The translations under genes were made by a program, and so were the position numbers. This document shows, piece by piece, positions 19,264-28,043 of a stretch of DNA of 64,000 bases. The first letter of the stretch is position 1, and each line of letters starts with the position of its first letter. Origin of the DNA: Anaerolineaceae bacterium (GTDB taxonomy: Bacteria; Chloroflexota; Anaerolineae; Anaerolineales; Anaerolineaceae); the NCBI GenBank assembly GCA_011620555.1, contig WOYY01000070.1:12163-76162 (forward strand), given 5' to 3'. The notes under the pieces were generated by a model. That model did not search any database and had not been told where the DNA came from. It saw only the letters and a program-made list of their open reading frames with translations.

Positions 19264-20712
19264 TCAGAGATAGTCTTTCAGCATTTCCTGCACAATGCCG
19301 GGATTGGCCTGGCCGCGCATCTGGCGCATGACCTGGCCAAAGAACCATTGCCGCAGGGCCACCTTGCCCGCGCGATAGGCCCGGACCTCATCGGGATGCT
19401 CCGCCAGCACCTGCCGGACGACCGCCGCAATGGCCTCCCGGTCGGAGACCTGCGCCAGCCCTTCTTTTTCGATGATCGCCAAAGCTCCCTGCCCGGTGGC
19501 GGCCATCCTGCCCAGGACGGTCTTGGCTGTGGCGTTATTGATTCTGCCTGCCATCAACAGGTCCAACAGGGCAGCCAGCCCGGCAGGGTCAATCTGCAAG
19601 TCCTCCAGGGCCGCGCCGCTGGCATTCAGCAGGCCAAAGAGTTCGCCAGTCACCCAGTTGGCCGCCAACGCGGCGTTGGGATTGGACATGGCATGCAGGG
19701 TGGCTTCATAGAATTCAGCGGTCAGCCGGTCATCCGTCAGGACTTCCGCTTGATAGGCATCCAGCCCCAGTTCGCGCTGGAAACGCCGGAATTTGCGATC
19801 CGGGCGTTCCGGCAGGCTGGCTTTGGCCGTTGCAATTTGCTCGGGGCTGATGACCAGCGGGGGCAGGTCCGGCTCGGGGAAGTAGCGGTAGTCGTGGGCT
19901 TCTTCCTTGCTGCGCTGAGAGACAGTCACTTCGGCGGTTTCGTCCCAGCCGAGGGTCTCCTGGGCCACCTTGCCGCCCGCATCGAGGAGGGCCGTCTGGC
20001 GGTCCAGCTCGTAGGCGACGGCCGCGGTCATCGTGCGAAAGCTGTTGAGGTTTTTGATCTCGACCCGGGTGCCCAGCGCGTCGCTGCCTTCAGGGCGCAC
20101 GGAGACGTTCGCTTCAAAGCGGATCACGCCTTTTTCCAGGTCACCGGAGTTCACACCGAGGTATTGCAGCACCATCCGCAGGGCGCGGGTGTAGGCCAGC
20201 ATCTGGTCAAGGGAGTGCATGTCCGGCTCGGAGACGATCTCAAGCAGGGGAATGCCGGCCCGGTTGAGGTCCACCAAGGAGTAGGCTTCATCCTCGTTGT
20301 GGATGTGGGTCAGCTTGCCAGTATCTTCCTCCAGGTGCACTCGGCGGATACGGATATCCTTCCAGCCGTCCTCGGCCAGCACCGGCAGGAGGCCGTGCTC
20401 CGCCAGGGGATATTCATATTGGGAGATCTGGTAGCCTTTGGGCAGGTCGGGATAAAAATAATTCTTGCGGGCGAACTGGCTGACCTCGTTGATCTCGCAA
20501 TCGAGGGCGAGGGCCACCCGCAGGCCGAAAGCCACCGCCTGGTCATTCACCACGGGCAAAGTGCCGGGCATCCCCGCGCAGACAGGGCAGACCGCCGTAT
20601 TGGGTTCTGCCCGGGTGGAATCCAGCACCGGACAGCCACAGAACATTTTTGATTGGGTTTGCAGTTCGGCGTGGACTTCCAGGCCAATATCTGCGAAATA
20701 TCCAGATTTCAT
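19264..20712 (-). CDS. gatB: Asp/Glu-tRNA amidotransferase subunit B
   Basis: IGLEVHAEL, RKNYFYPDLPKGYQISQ, HLEEDTGK, YRYFPEPDLPP. Confidence 0.98.
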   Translation of the reverse strand: MKSGYFADIGLEVHAELQTQSKMFCGCPVLDSTRAEPNTAVCPVCAGMPGTLPVVNDQAVAFGLRVALALDCEINEVSQFARKNYFYPDLPKGYQISQYEYPLAEHGLLPVLAEDGWKDIRIRRVHLEEDTGKLTHIHNEDEAYSLVDLNRAGIPLLEIVSEPDMHSLDQMLAYTRALRMVLQYLGVNSGDLEKGVIRFEANVSVRPEGSDALGTRVEIKNLNSFRTMTAAVAYELDRQTALLDAGGKVAQETLGWDETAEVTVSQRSKEEAHDYRYFPEPDLPPLVISPEQIATAKASLPERPDRKFRRFQRELGLDAYQAEVLTDDRLTAEFYEATLHAMSNPNAALAANWVTGELFGLLNASGAALEDLQIDPAGLAALLDLLMAGRINNATAKTVLGRMAATGQGALAIIEKEGLAQVSDREAIAAVVRQVLAEHPDEVRAYRAGKVALRQWFFGQVMRQMRGQANPGIVQEMLKDYL

Positions 20713-20799
20713 CTCATACCTTATCCAATTTCCGGCGACCCCGGCAAACTGAAAGGTGAGGAGGCTTGCGGTGGTCTTGCTGATGGAGCGCTGGCGGGA

Positions 20800-21960
20800 T
20801 CAGAGGCGCCTGACGAATCGGCCGATTTTTTCCAGGGCGATCTCCAATTTTTCATAGCTGGTTGCATAAGAACAGCGGACAAAGCCAATGCCTGCATCGC
20901 CAAAGGACGAGCCAGGCACCACGGCCACTTTTTCTTCCAGGAGCAGCCGCTCAGCAAAGCGCTCGTCATCCAGCCCGGTGTTATGGATGCTGGGGAAGGC
21001 GTAAAAAGCGCCGTGCGGTTCAAAGGTGGGCAGGCCCAGAGCGTTCAGGTTTTCCACGATGAACTTGCGCCGCCGGTCATATTCGGCCAGCATTTCGTTA
21101 ATATAAGGATCGCCGACTTTGAGCGCGGCCAGCGCGCCGTATTGCGAGACGGTGGGGGCGGACATCACCGAGAACTGGTGGATCCGCACCAGGCCTTGGA
21201 TCAGGGTGGCAGGTCCGGCGGCGTACCCGATCCGCCAGCCGGTCATGGCATAGTCCTTGGAAAAGCCGCCCAGGAGCAAAGTACGTTCCTGCATCCCTGG
21301 GAAGGCTGGAAAACAGACATGCTCCTGGCCGTAGACCAGCCGGTCGTAGATCTCATCCGAGATCACGACCAGATCGTGCTTTTCGGCGATCCGGCCGATC
21401 TCTTCCAGGACCTCCCGGCTGGCCACCGCGCCGGTCGGATTGTTGGGATAGCCCAGCAGGATGGCTTTGGTTTTGGGCGTGATCGCTTTTTCGATCAGAG
21501 CCGGGTCGGGCTGGAAGTCATCTTCCATGGTCGTATAGATTTCAACCGGAACCCCGCCCGCCAAGGCCACTTCGGCCTGATAGGACACAAAGCAGGGGGT
21601 CGGGATGATGACCTCGTCGCCGGGGTCGAGCAGCGCCGTGAAGGTGAGGTAAAGCGCTTCGGAAACGCCGACCGTGATGACGATCTCGTTGACCGGGTCA
21701 TACTGCACGCCGTAGCGGTTTTGGAGGTTTTCGGCAATCGCCTCGCGGAGCGGCAGGATGCCGGAGTTGGACGTGTAGTGGGTCTCGCCCCTTTGCAGGG
21801 CCTGCACCCCGGCCTCAATGATCGGCTGCGGCGTTGTGAAATCCGGCTCACCGATCCCCAGGGAGATCACATCGTCCATTGTCGCGGCGATGTCGAAGAA
21901 TTTCCGGATTCCGGAAGGTTTCAGGTTGGTCACGGCCTTTGAAAGATAACTTTTGGGCAT
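20800..21960 (-). CDS. Class I/II PLP aminotransferase
   Basis: SLGIGEPDF, YPNNPTG, SDEIY, GFSKDYAMTGWRIG. Confidence 0.93.
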   Translation of the reverse strand: MPKSYLSKAVTNLKPSGIRKFFDIAATMDDVISLGIGEPDFTTPQPIIEAGVQALQRGETHYTSNSGILPLREAIAENLQNRYGVQYDPVNEIVITVGVSEALYLTFTALLDPGDEVIIPTPCFVSYQAEVALAGGVPVEIYTTMEDDFQPDPALIEKAITPKTKAILLGYPNNPTGAVASREVLEEIGRIAEKHDLVVISDEIYDRLVYGQEHVCFPAFPGMQERTLLLGGFSKDYAMTGWRIGYAAGPATLIQGLVRIHQFSVMSAPTVSQYGALAALKVGDPYINEMLAEYDRRRKFIVENLNALGLPTFEPHGAFYAFPSIHNTGLDDERFAERLLLEEKVAVVPGSSFGDAGIGFVRCSYATSYEKLEIALEKIGRFVRRL

Positions 21961-21998
21961 TCAAGCTCCTTGAAGGTTGAGGTGGATAGATCCTAATT

Positions 21999-22229
21999 TT
22001 ACAAGGGCAGCTCCCCCCGATGGCGGATCTGCCAGTTTTCAGACTCAATGTCGCAGGTCAGTTCGAACAGCATCTCACCAGGCGAGCAACGCACAAGAAA
22101 AACGAGGGCGTCCGGCTGACGGCGGCGGTCAATGATCTCGATGACGGAATAGCTTTGCCCCTGCCAGATCACCCGGCGCGGTTCTTCCGGGTTGGAGGCT
22201 CCTGCGTAGCACACGACCCGGTCCGGCAT
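21999..22229 (-). CDS. Small hypothetical protein
   Basis: 76-aa ORF tightly packed between same-strand genes; V.C.AG...EEPRRVIWQG...LFEL..D...ENW pattern. Confidence 0.6.
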   Translation of the reverse strand: MPDRVVCYAGASNPEEPRRVIWQGQSYSVIEIIDRRRQPDALVFLVRCSPGEMLFELTCDIESENWQIRHRGELPL

Positions 22230-22238
22230 GCCGCAGCC

Positions 22239-23252
22239 TCAGGGCACCGCGCAGCTGTTGTCGCCGAAGTTGGCCCGGCCGGACTGGCCTTTGAGGGCCA
22301 CATTGTGGCCGATCAGCGAATCTTCCAGCCGGCATTCCGTGAGGGTGGAGCCGGGGCCGACAATGCTTTCCCGCAGCAGGCAGCCTTTGACGATCACGTT
22401 CTCGCCGATTGAGACATCCGGGCCAATCACTGAATTGCGGACGCTGGCCGAGGGGTGAATGAACACTGGCGGAATGATAACCGTATTTTCGGCCTGGGTC
22501 AATTTGTCGCTGTTGTCATAGCCGTGGTTCAGCAGGTAGTGGTTGGTATCCAGCAGGGATTCGGGCGTGCCGGAATCGAGCCAGACATCCACTTTTTGCA
22601 CCCGCATCTTCAACCCGCGCTTCAGCAGGATATTGATCGCATCCGCCAGGTAGAATTCGCCGTTGAGGTACATTTCCTGTTCGATCTGTTCCTCAACGGC
22701 GGAGAGGATCAGGGCGGCGTTCTTGAAGTAGTAACAGCCGACCATTGCCAGGTTGTTGGATAAATCTTCGGGCTTTTCGATCAGCTTCGAGATCCAGCCA
22801 TCCTCATCCAGCAGTGTCACGCCGAAGCGGCGCGGGTCGGGGACGGGCTTGACCCAGATCACGCCATCGGCGGTCTCTTCCGCCAGGCAGGAGAAGTCGT
22901 TTTGGATGATTGTATCGGAAAAGGCGATCAGCAGGGGTCCCTGGAGGGCTTCTTTGGCCTGCCAGAGCGCGTCGGATTGGCCGCGCATCACCGTATCGAT
23001 TGGGAACTGGGCTTTCCAGTCCGGATAGAAACGGGCCATGTGATCCCGGATCTGGGGTTCCACCTGAGCGTTGACGGAAAAGATGAATTCAGCCGATCCC
23101 AAATCGGGAAGGGTCCTGAACATATCCAGAACAAAATCGATCACCGTTTTGCCGGCCAGGCTGACCAGCGGTTTGGGGCGGCTCCAGGTGAGCGGCCGCA
23201 GTCGGCTGCCAAATCCCCCCATCGGGATCAGGACTTTGATCGCACTCTCCAA
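22239..23252 (-). CDS. Sugar-phosphate nucleotidyltransferase with C-terminal hexapeptide repeats (paralog 2)
   Basis: PMGGFGSRLRPLTWSRPKPL, DPRRFGV, EKP, WLDSG. Confidence 0.9.
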   Translation of the reverse strand: MESAIKVLIPMGGFGSRLRPLTWSRPKPLVSLAGKTVIDFVLDMFRTLPDLGSAEFIFSVNAQVEPQIRDHMARFYPDWKAQFPIDTVMRGQSDALWQAKEALQGPLLIAFSDTIIQNDFSCLAEETADGVIWVKPVPDPRRFGVTLLDEDGWISKLIEKPEDLSNNLAMVGCYYFKNAALILSAVEEQIEQEMYLNGEFYLADAINILLKRGLKMRVQKVDVWLDSGTPESLLDTNHYLLNHGYDNSDKLTQAENTVIIPPVFIHPSASVRNSVIGPDVSIGENVIVKGCLLRESIVGPGSTLTECRLEDSLIGHNVALKGQSGRANFGDNSCAVP

Positions 23253-23290
23253 AATCTCACCTCCAAAAATCGTGGCTCAGGGTTGGACCG

Positions 23291-24304
23291 TTATTTGATC
23301 GCCCAGGAGTTATCCCCAATATTGAACCGCCCGGATTGGCCGGTGATGTTGACATTGTGGCCGACCAAAGAGCCTTCCAGCATGGAGCTGGTGACGTGCG
23401 TACCGGGGCCGATGATCGAATCGCGGATGGTGCTGTCATTGACCACCGCGCCCTCCCCCAGCGAGACATGCGGACCGATCACCGAAGTGCTGACCCGGGC
23501 CGTGGGGTGGATATTGACCGGGGGGATGATGACGGTATCTTCCAGGTTGACCACCTTGTCGGAATTGTCCTGACCATGCTCCAGCAGGTAGCGGTTGGTT
23601 TCCAGCAGGGTCTCGGAGGTCCCCGCATCCAGCCAGACGTTCACCCTTTCTGTGCGCATCCTCAGGCCGCTCTCCAGCATTTTGTTGATCGCATCGGCCA
23701 GGAAGTATTCGTTTTTCAGGGAGATATTGCGCTTGATCTGTTCTTCGATGGCAACAATCAGGTCTTCCGCTTCCTCGAAGTAGTAGCAGCCGACCACGGC
23801 CAGGTTGTTCTGGATGTCCTGGGGCTTTTCCACCAGGCGCGTCACCCAATTGTCCTCATCCACCTCGGCCACGCCGAAGCGGCGGGGGTCCGGGACGGAT
23901 TTGACAAAGGCCACGCCGCCTGCGGTTTCATCCGCCAGGAAGGAAAAATCATTGTTGATCAGCGTATCGGAAAAGGCCATCAGCATCGGGCCATGCAGGA
24001 ATTCGCGCGCTTGCCAGAAGGCATCCGACTGGCCCTTCATCTCCGGCTGGACGGCGTAATCCACGTGCCTGTCTGGGTAGTGCCGGGCGACATGCTCTTT
24101 GATCTGCTCGCCCATCGTGGGGCCGAGGATGAAGACGAACTCCGATTGCTCAAAATTGGGCACTGACCGGAACATATTCAGGACCTGGTCGAGCACCGTC
24201 CCGCCCGCCAGGCTGACCAGCGGTTTGGGCTGGCTCCAGGTGAGCGGCCGCAGGCGGCTGCCGAAGCCGGCCATCGGGATCACAATTTTCAGAGCTTGAG
24301 TCAT
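23291..24304 (-). CDS. Sugar-phosphate nucleotidyltransferase with C-terminal hexapeptide repeats (paralog 1)
   Basis: PMAGFGSRLRPLTWSQPKPL, DPRRFGV, EKP, WLDAG; start at MTQALK with AAGGAG RBS. Confidence 0.9.
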   Translation of the reverse strand: MTQALKIVIPMAGFGSRLRPLTWSQPKPLVSLAGGTVLDQVLNMFRSVPNFEQSEFVFILGPTMGEQIKEHVARHYPDRHVDYAVQPEMKGQSDAFWQAREFLHGPMLMAFSDTLINNDFSFLADETAGGVAFVKSVPDPRRFGVAEVDEDNWVTRLVEKPQDIQNNLAVVGCYYFEEAEDLIVAIEEQIKRNISLKNEYFLADAINKMLESGLRMRTERVNVWLDAGTSETLLETNRYLLEHGQDNSDKVVNLEDTVIIPPVNIHPTARVSTSVIGPHVSLGEGAVVNDSTIRDSIIGPGTHVTSSMLEGSLVGHNVNITGQSGRFNIGDNSWAIK

Positions 24305-24335
24305 GGTTGTACTCCTTGAATTGGCATTCTTCAGA

Positions 24336-25052
24336 TTACTCGAATCCATTTCTTTTTCTATGCAACACCAGATATTTCGCGTTCGGTTTATCTGCTATTG
24401 GATTTGTAAATTGATTGGTTTTTTCTAAAACCAAATTTATCATTTGACTTTGTGACTTTTTCTTTAATATTCTAAGATCATCTGAAAATGAGATGTATCC
24501 ATATTCAACTAAGGGGTCATGAAAGCGGCATAGGCACACAATATTGGCGAGGTCTCCTCGACCTTCATAATTATCAGCCCAACGTGCGAGGTGGGCAGAA
24601 ATTAGAAATTTTTCATCGCTGATGTCACATAAGGCACATCGGGAATGATAATTGTTCAATGTTAAACTTCGAAGTCTTCGTTGACCAATTCTTTGCCTTG
24701 TTTCGATGGTCTTTTCACTGACATTTACGTTATTGAAATTCAGCTTGTGTTCTTTTATTGCCTTGTCAATTACCTTATTTGGTAAATCTTCATGTTCAAT
24801 ATCGATATTATGGATCAGCGAATAATAAGTTCCGTGCTTTCCTCGAATGAATTCAAGTAGGTTTTCATCTCTGAGTTCTTGCAGAACCCGACTCAAGGTT
24901 TGAGAGGGCGTTTCTCCAGTGGAGTCAGCTTCCTGAGTTATGAGCGGGAGCTGCTGATCAATTAATTCTTGACGTGTAAAAATTTTACTGTCTTTTGTTT
25001 CGGTTAGTCGGACTATTCCATTTATGACGGCATCTCTCCAGATAAGCGTCAT
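24336..25052 (-). CDS. HNH endonuclease with N-terminal winged-helix-like domain (candidate modification-dependent restriction enzyme)
   Basis: CALC...SAHLARW...NIVCLCRFH HNH core; N-terminal LSRVLQELRDENLLEF..GKHGTY; AAGGAG RBS; AT-rich. Confidence 0.8.
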   Translation of the reverse strand: MTLIWRDAVINGIVRLTETKDSKIFTRQELIDQQLPLITQEADSTGETPSQTLSRVLQELRDENLLEFIRGKHGTYYSLIHNIDIEHEDLPNKVIDKAIKEHKLNFNNVNVSEKTIETRQRIGQRRLRSLTLNNYHSRCALCDISDEKFLISAHLARWADNYEGRGDLANIVCLCRFHDPLVEYGYISFSDDLRILKKKSQSQMINLVLEKTNQFTNPIADKPNAKYLVLHRKRNGFE

Positions 25053-25081
25053 AGTGGCTCCTTGATTGATCTCACAAGCAA

Positions 25082-26545
25082 CTATTCCGGCCAGTTCTCG
25101 TGCCACGGGGTGGCCAGTTGGTAGGCATGGCCCACCTGGAAGAGCAGGTCTTCCCTGAAATGCGGGCCCATCAACTGCATGCCGACCGGCATCCCGTCCG
25201 AGTCCGGCCCCACGGGGAAGGCCAGGCCGGGGACGCCGGCCAGGTTGGCCGGCAGGGTGAAGACGTCTTCGAGGTACATCGCCAGCGGGTCATCGGTGTG
25301 CTGGCCGAACTTGAAAGCCGTGGTGGGGGCGACGGGCGCGGCGATCACATCCACCTGCTCAAAGGCCAGGTCGAAATCGCGTTTGATCAACGTGCGGACC
25401 TTTTGGGCCTTGCCATAGTAGGCGTCGTAGTACCCGGCGGAGAGCGCATAGGTCCCGAGCATGATCCGGCGCTTGACCTCGGGGCCGAACAGCCGGCCGC
25501 GGGTCTCGGTGAACAGCGACCAGAGGTTATTGTCTTCGCCCAGTCGGGGGCCAAAACGGATGCCGTCGTAGCGCGCCAGGTTGGCGGAGGCCTCGGCTGG
25601 CGCGATCAGGTAGTAGACCGGCAGAGCATACTCGGTGTGGGGCAGGTGGATCGGGATGGCTGTGGCGCCCTGCGCTTCCAGCTGGGCGATTGCGGCCCGC
25701 ACTCGTTCTTCCACTTCGGGCTGGATGCCCTCGATGAAATATTCCTCGGGCACGCCGACCCGCAGGCCTTTGAGCGAGTCGCTCTCGGGCAGGGTATACT
25801 CCGGGACGGGCAGCTGGACGCTGGTGGCATCCAGCGGGTCGAACCCGGCCATGTGCTGGAACAAGGTGGCAACATCGGCCACGTTGCGGGCGATCATCCC
25901 GACGGTGTCCAGCGAGGACCCATAAGCCACCAGGCCATACCGCGAGGTGCGGCCGTAGGTGGGCTTGATGCCCGTGGCGCCGCAGAAGGAACAGGGCTGC
26001 CGAACGCTGCCGCCGGTATCGGTGCCGAAAGCCGCGGGGGTCATCCGGGCGGCGACGGCCGCGGCCGACCCGCCGCTGGAGCCGCCGGGCACCCGGCCTG
26101 TGTTCCAGGGGTTGCGGCTGGGGCCATAGGCGGAGTTCTCCGTGGAAGACCCCATCGCGAATTCATCGGTGTTGGTCTTGCCGAGGGGAACCACACCCGC
26201 ATCCAGCAGGCGCTGGACGGCGGTGGCGGTGAAGGGCGGGATGAAGTTTTCCAGGATTTTGGAGCCGCAGGTGGTGCGGACGCCCTCCAGGCAGAGCACG
26301 TCTTTGACCGCCAAAGGCAGCCCTGTCAGCGGGGGCAGATCGTCGGGCTGGCTGGCCCGCAGCTTGTCCGCGTTTTTGGCGGCGGCCAGGGCTTTCTCCG
26401 GCGTGAGCGTCAGGAAGGCGTGAATTTGGGGTTCCAGCGCGTCAATCCGCTGCAACAGAGCCTGGGTCAGTTCCAGGCTGGAAAAGTCCCCAGCCTGCAA
26501 GCCAGCCAGGCAGGCGCGCACGCCCAGCTGGGTCAGGTCGGTCAT
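25082..26545 (-). CDS. gatA: Asp/Glu-tRNA amidotransferase subunit A
   Basis: GKTNTDEFAMGSSTENS, PGGSSGGSAAA, GTDTGGSVRQP, EVKRRIMLGTY. Confidence 0.98.
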   Translation of the reverse strand: MTDLTQLGVRACLAGLQAGDFSSLELTQALLQRIDALEPQIHAFLTLTPEKALAAAKNADKLRASQPDDLPPLTGLPLAVKDVLCLEGVRTTCGSKILENFIPPFTATAVQRLLDAGVVPLGKTNTDEFAMGSSTENSAYGPSRNPWNTGRVPGGSSGGSAAAVAARMTPAAFGTDTGGSVRQPCSFCGATGIKPTYGRTSRYGLVAYGSSLDTVGMIARNVADVATLFQHMAGFDPLDATSVQLPVPEYTLPESDSLKGLRVGVPEEYFIEGIQPEVEERVRAAIAQLEAQGATAIPIHLPHTEYALPVYYLIAPAEASANLARYDGIRFGPRLGEDNNLWSLFTETRGRLFGPEVKRRIMLGTYALSAGYYDAYYGKAQKVRTLIKRDFDLAFEQVDVIAAPVAPTTAFKFGQHTDDPLAMYLEDVFTLPANLAGVPGLAFPVGPDSDGMPVGMQLMGPHFREDLLFQVGHAYQLATPWHENWPE

Positions 26546-26838
26546 TCCTGTCCTCCCAAAATCGGGGGGACCTGGAATTGGTCATCCCGTGTGTTGGCGG
26601 CGTTTTTCAGCACGTCTTTGGTGGGCAGGCCCGGCCGGGAGCGATCTTCGCGCAGGCGGAGCTGCAAGTCGAGGACGCTGGCTGTGGGCGGGATCTGATC
26701 GGTGGCCAGTTCGTCCAGCCGGGCGGCATAGTCCAGGACGTCCGAGAGCTGTTCGGCGTAGCGCTGTTGCTCTTCCTCGGTCAATTCCAGGCGGGCCAGA
26801 GCGGCAATGTGTTCAACTTCTTCAATGGTCAGCTTCAT
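26542..26838 (-). CDS. gatC: Asp/Glu-tRNA amidotransferase subunit C
   Basis: EEVEHIAALARL, LRED, overlaps the gatA start. Confidence 0.95.
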   Translation of the reverse strand: MKLTIEEVEHIAALARLELTEEEQQRYAEQLSDVLDYAARLDELATDQIPPTASVLDLQLRLREDRSRPGLPTKDVLKNAANTRDDQFQVPPILGGQE

Positions 26839-26846
26839 GATGCCTA

Positions 26847-26852
26847 ATTATA
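26847..26852 (-). promoter_or_regulatory. -10 box, probably leaderless gatC transcript
   Basis: TATAAT 8 nt upstream of the gatC ATG, no SD. Confidence 0.5.
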
Positions 26853-26921
26853 ATATGGAAGGATGGGGTCAGAGGTGAATGGGGGCGGGAGAATGGAGAA
26901 AAGACTTTAATATTAGGTAAA

Positions 26922-27242
26922 GGTGGCCCCTGAATCTTTGCTGATCCTTCAGGCCAGTCCTTAACAGATCTTCCCTGAGCTTTTAGGCCCAGGGAAGGTG
27001 TAATTAATAGGTGTCCAGGATGCCGCCAGAGGCCTGACCCGGTGCAGCCTGATCCTGGATTGATTTGATCTAAATCAAAAGGTCACGGGGCATGAACACA
27101 CCCGTGACCGACAAAGGAGCTAGGGGGTCAGAAACCTTCTAGCCTATTCCAGAGGCGCGTTCATCCCGTTTAGGGTTTGCAAGTACAAGGACTTTCGCCA
27201 TAAAAACGGGCCTCTGCCTTTCTGAAGTCTCGTGAAGGGAAA
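26922..27242 (-). ncRNA. Candidate structured non-coding RNA of unknown family
   Basis: At least 6 local hairpins, nested long-range stems, 5'/3' end pairing, upstream promoter, no credible ORF. Confidence 0.5.
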
Positions 27243-27248
27243 GCTAAG

Positions 27249-27276
27249 ATGGTATTGGAAATGGTATTCTTGTCAA
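27249..27276 (-). promoter_or_regulatory. Sigma70-type promoter upstream of the structured element
   Basis: TTGACA-16 bp-TACCAT; the -35 overlaps the TGA of the ABC ATPase gene. Confidence 0.55.
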
Positions 27277-28043
27277 GTGGCATATCCGTTTTCATCCCGC
27301 AGGCTTTCCCGCAGCTTCTGCGCCAGGGCGCTGAACTTTGGCGCATAGCGCAGATCGGGCGTGCGCGGGCGGGGCAGGTCGATCGGCAGGTCAAGCTTGA
27401 ACATCCCCGGGCGGGGGGAAAGCACCAGTACCCGGTCTGAGAGGTAGATCGCCTCTGAGATGGAATGGGTGACCATCAGCACGGTCTTGCGCCGGGCCTG
27501 CCAGATATGCAGCAGTTCATCGCCCATCCGCTCCCGGGTGAGGTCATCCAGCGAGCCGAAGGGTTCATCCAGCAGGAGCATATCCGGGTCCTGCATCAGC
27601 GAGCGGGCGATCGCCACCCGCTGAGCCATCCCACCGGAAAGGTCGCGGGGGTAGGCCTGCTCAAAGCCTTCCAGTCCCACCAGCTGGATCAGATCCATGG
27701 CGCGCTCCTCGATCTCGGCCGCTGGCGCGCCCTGAAGCTCCAGGGGCAGCCCGACGTTGTCAATCACCCGCCGCCAGGGCATCAGGTTCGCTTTCTGGAA
27801 GACCAGGCCCACCTTCGGCTGGTTCTGATTGAAAGCGAAGGTGCCGTGGGTGGGCGGGATCAGCCCGGCCAGCACGCGCAGCAGGGTGCTCTTGCCGCTG
27901 CCGGAGGGGCCGATCAGCGAGACGAACTCATTGGGCGCCAGCGTGAAGCTGAGGTCATGCAGCGCGTGCACGACCCCGCTGGCATCGCTGAAAGTGACGC
28001 CCAGGTTTTGGACGGAGAGCGCCTTCTCAGGGGAGAAGGTCAT
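27273..28043 (-). CDS. ABC transporter ATP-binding subunit (NitT/TauT family) of the FMN-riboswitch operon
   Basis: GPSGSGKS, LSGGMAQR, LLLDEPFGSLD. Confidence 0.92.
   Translation of the reverse strand: MTFSPEKALSVQNLGVTFSDASGVVHALHDLSFTLAPNEFVSLIGPSGSGKSTLLRVLAGLIPPTHGTFAFNQNQPKVGLVFQKANLMPWRRVIDNVGLPLELQGAPAAEIEERAMDLIQLVGLEGFEQAYPRDLSGGMAQRVAIARSLMQDPDMLLLDEPFGSLDDLTRERMGDELLHIWQARRKTVLMVTHSISEAIYLSDRVLVLSPRPGMFKLDLPIDLPRPRTPDLRYAPKFSALAQKLRESLRDENGYAT

Noticed and set aside
27010-27200. Assignment of the structured element as canonical SRP, 6S, RNase P or tmRNA
   Set aside because: Only short word matches. There is no GNRA-capped helix 8 with AGCAG, no rod-like 6S fold, no RNase P P4 partner (AACCCGGCUUA), and no T-loop or matching acceptor stem. 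Left unassigned pending cmscan.
26860-27242. T-box riboswitch for gatCAB
   Set aside because: No UGGNACC antiterminator bulge or terminator on the gat strand; the only GGTGG-like word is on the opposite strand
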